Positions 62,737 through 64,000 of a DNA stretch of 64,000 nucleotides are shown here, in pieces; position 1 is the stretch's first letter, and each line of letters starts with the position of its first letter. Both the position numbers and the translations under genes were made by a program. This stretch comes from Actinomycetota bacterium. Lineage in GTDB: Bacteria > Actinomycetota > Actinomycetes > S36-B12. A model generated the notes under the pieces. The model saw only the letters and a list, made by a program, of their open reading frames with translations, ran no database searches and had not been told where the DNA came from. The stretch covers positions 36,843 through 100,842 of the forward strand of contig VGCC01000004.1 in the NCBI GenBank assembly GCA_016870195.1, in the 5' to 3' direction.

Positions 62737-63845
62737 GCGAGTTGGGTGATGACGTAGTCGATGCTCCCGATGAGTTTCCGAACGTCGTCCGGCTCCACCG
62801 CGGGGAACACCGCGATACGAAGCTGGTTGCGGCCGAGCTTCCGATACGGCTCCGTGTCCACGATGCCGTTGGCGCGCAGGGCGGCGCAGATCTGCGTGGC
62901 ATCGATCGCATCGTCGATATCGATGGTGGCGACCACTCCTGAGCGGAGCGCGGGATCGGTCACGAACGGGGTGGCAACGGCGCTCGCCTCTGCCCACGAA
63001 TACAGCAGACCCGAGGACTCACTCGTGCGGTCCGCGCACCAGGACAACCCACCCTGGGCGTTGAACCAGTCCACCTGTTCGGCCATGAGGAAGATGGTGG
63101 CCAACGCGGGTGTGTTGTAGGTCTGGTCCTGCACGGAGTTCTCCACCGCGGTCTGCAGGTCGAGGAAGTCGGGAATCCAGCGTCCGGACTCCTTGATCTC
63201 CGAAACCCGGGCAAGGGCCGCGGGGGACATCAGGGCGAACCACAGTCCGCCGTCGGAGCCGAAGCTCTTCTGCGGGGCGAAGTAGTAGACGTCGAACTCC
63301 GACGCATCAACGGCGAGGCCACCGGCTGCGGATGTCGCATCGATGATTGTCAGCGCACTGTCGGCCGCCACCCGGCGCGGTGTCACCGCGACACCGGTCG
63401 AGGTCTCGTTATGCGGGGAGCAGTAGGCGTCCATGCCGGCTGTCACCTCGAAAGCCGGGGCGCCCCCTGGGTCGGCCACGCGGACATCCGGTGCTCCCAG
63501 GTGCGGGGCCTTCTTCGCGCACGAAGCGAACTTGGCGCCGAACTCCCCGAAGGACAGGAATTGGGCACGATCCCGGATCAGGCTGAAGGTGGCGACATCC
63601 CAGAACGCGGTGGACCCACCATTGCCGAGCACCACTTCGTACCCCTCGGGCAGGGAGAACAGCTCCCGCAGACCCTGACGCAGACGACCCACCTGCGACT
63701 TCACCGTCTTCTGCCGGTGCGAGGTGCCCAGGTACGTCTGCCACACCCCGGCGAGCGCATCCACCTGCGCCTTGCGGACCTTGGAGGGCCCAGACCCGAA
63801 TCGGCCGTCGGCGGGAAGAAGATCGGCGGGGATGGTGATGCTCAC
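62733..63845 (-). CDS. serC: Phosphoserine aminotransferase (actinobacterial type)
   Basis: DGRFGSGPSKVR, HNETSTGV, DATS.AGG, YYFAPQKSF, QTYNTPA, DTEPYRKLGRNQLR. Confidence 0.95.
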   Translation of the reverse strand: MSITIPADLLPADGRFGSGPSKVRKAQVDALAGVWQTYLGTSHRQKTVKSQVGRLRQGLRELFSLPEGYEVVLGNGGSTAFWDVATFSLIRDRAQFLSFGEFGAKFASCAKKAPHLGAPDVRVADPGGAPAFEVTAGMDAYCSPHNETSTGVAVTPRRVAADSALTIIDATSAAGGLAVDASEFDVYYFAPQKSFGSDGGLWFALMSPAALARVSEIKESGRWIPDFLDLQTAVENSVQDQTYNTPALATIFLMAEQVDWFNAQGGLSWCADRTSESSGLLYSWAEASAVATPFVTDPALRSGVVATIDIDDAIDATQICAALRANGIVDTEPYRKLGRNQLRIAVFPAVEPDDVRKLIGSIDYVITQLA

Positions 63846-63935
63846 GCGATTCCTTTCGGGTTTTGGAAACTGGATGCTATCTGTCTGGGCGTGGCCCGCA
63901 GCGCACGCGAGGTCGATCCGTGGTGGGATCAGGCC

Positions 63936-64000
63936 ATGGCCGACTCGATCCCACAGTCGATCGCGGACCTGCGGGTGACGTACGCGCAGGGAACATTCGA
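63936..64000 (+). CDS. pdxH: Probable 5' end of pyridoxamine 5'-phosphate oxidase (truncated by window edge)
   Basis: MADSIPQSIADLRVTY resembles the PdxH N-terminus; serC-pdxH neighbourhood. Confidence 0.5.
   Translation, partial: MADSIPQSIADLRVTYAQGTF

Overview
High-GC actinobacterial chromosomal segment. It is mostly conserved core: glgC, pstSCAB, mutT1-like, CYTH-CHAD, ppk1, mshD, glnR, gpmA, mshA, phoU, senX3/regX3, carD-ispDF, cysS-rlmB, tRNA-Thr, groEL, XPB, csp, serC and a partial pdxH. Accessory inserts are a gamma-glutamylation/CoA-transferase catabolic cluster (83-6597), a HisD paralog, a HigBA toxin-antitoxin module beside tRNA-Thr, a secreted glycoside hydrolase, a kynureninase locus and an M20/GNAT/NSAR D-amino-acid cassette. 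No CRISPR array, integrase or transposase was seen. Signals read directly from the DNA and absent from the ORF track: two leaderless single-TM microproteins (33 aa and 26 aa), a switch-like RNA leader on an NCS2 permease, three probable non-canonical start codons (CTG pstS, GTC higB, ATC glycoside hydrolase), PHO boxes, tandem CIRCE elements, two frameshifted genes and two short duplications of gene 3' ends. Product calls come from motif recognition and synteny; no database search was run.
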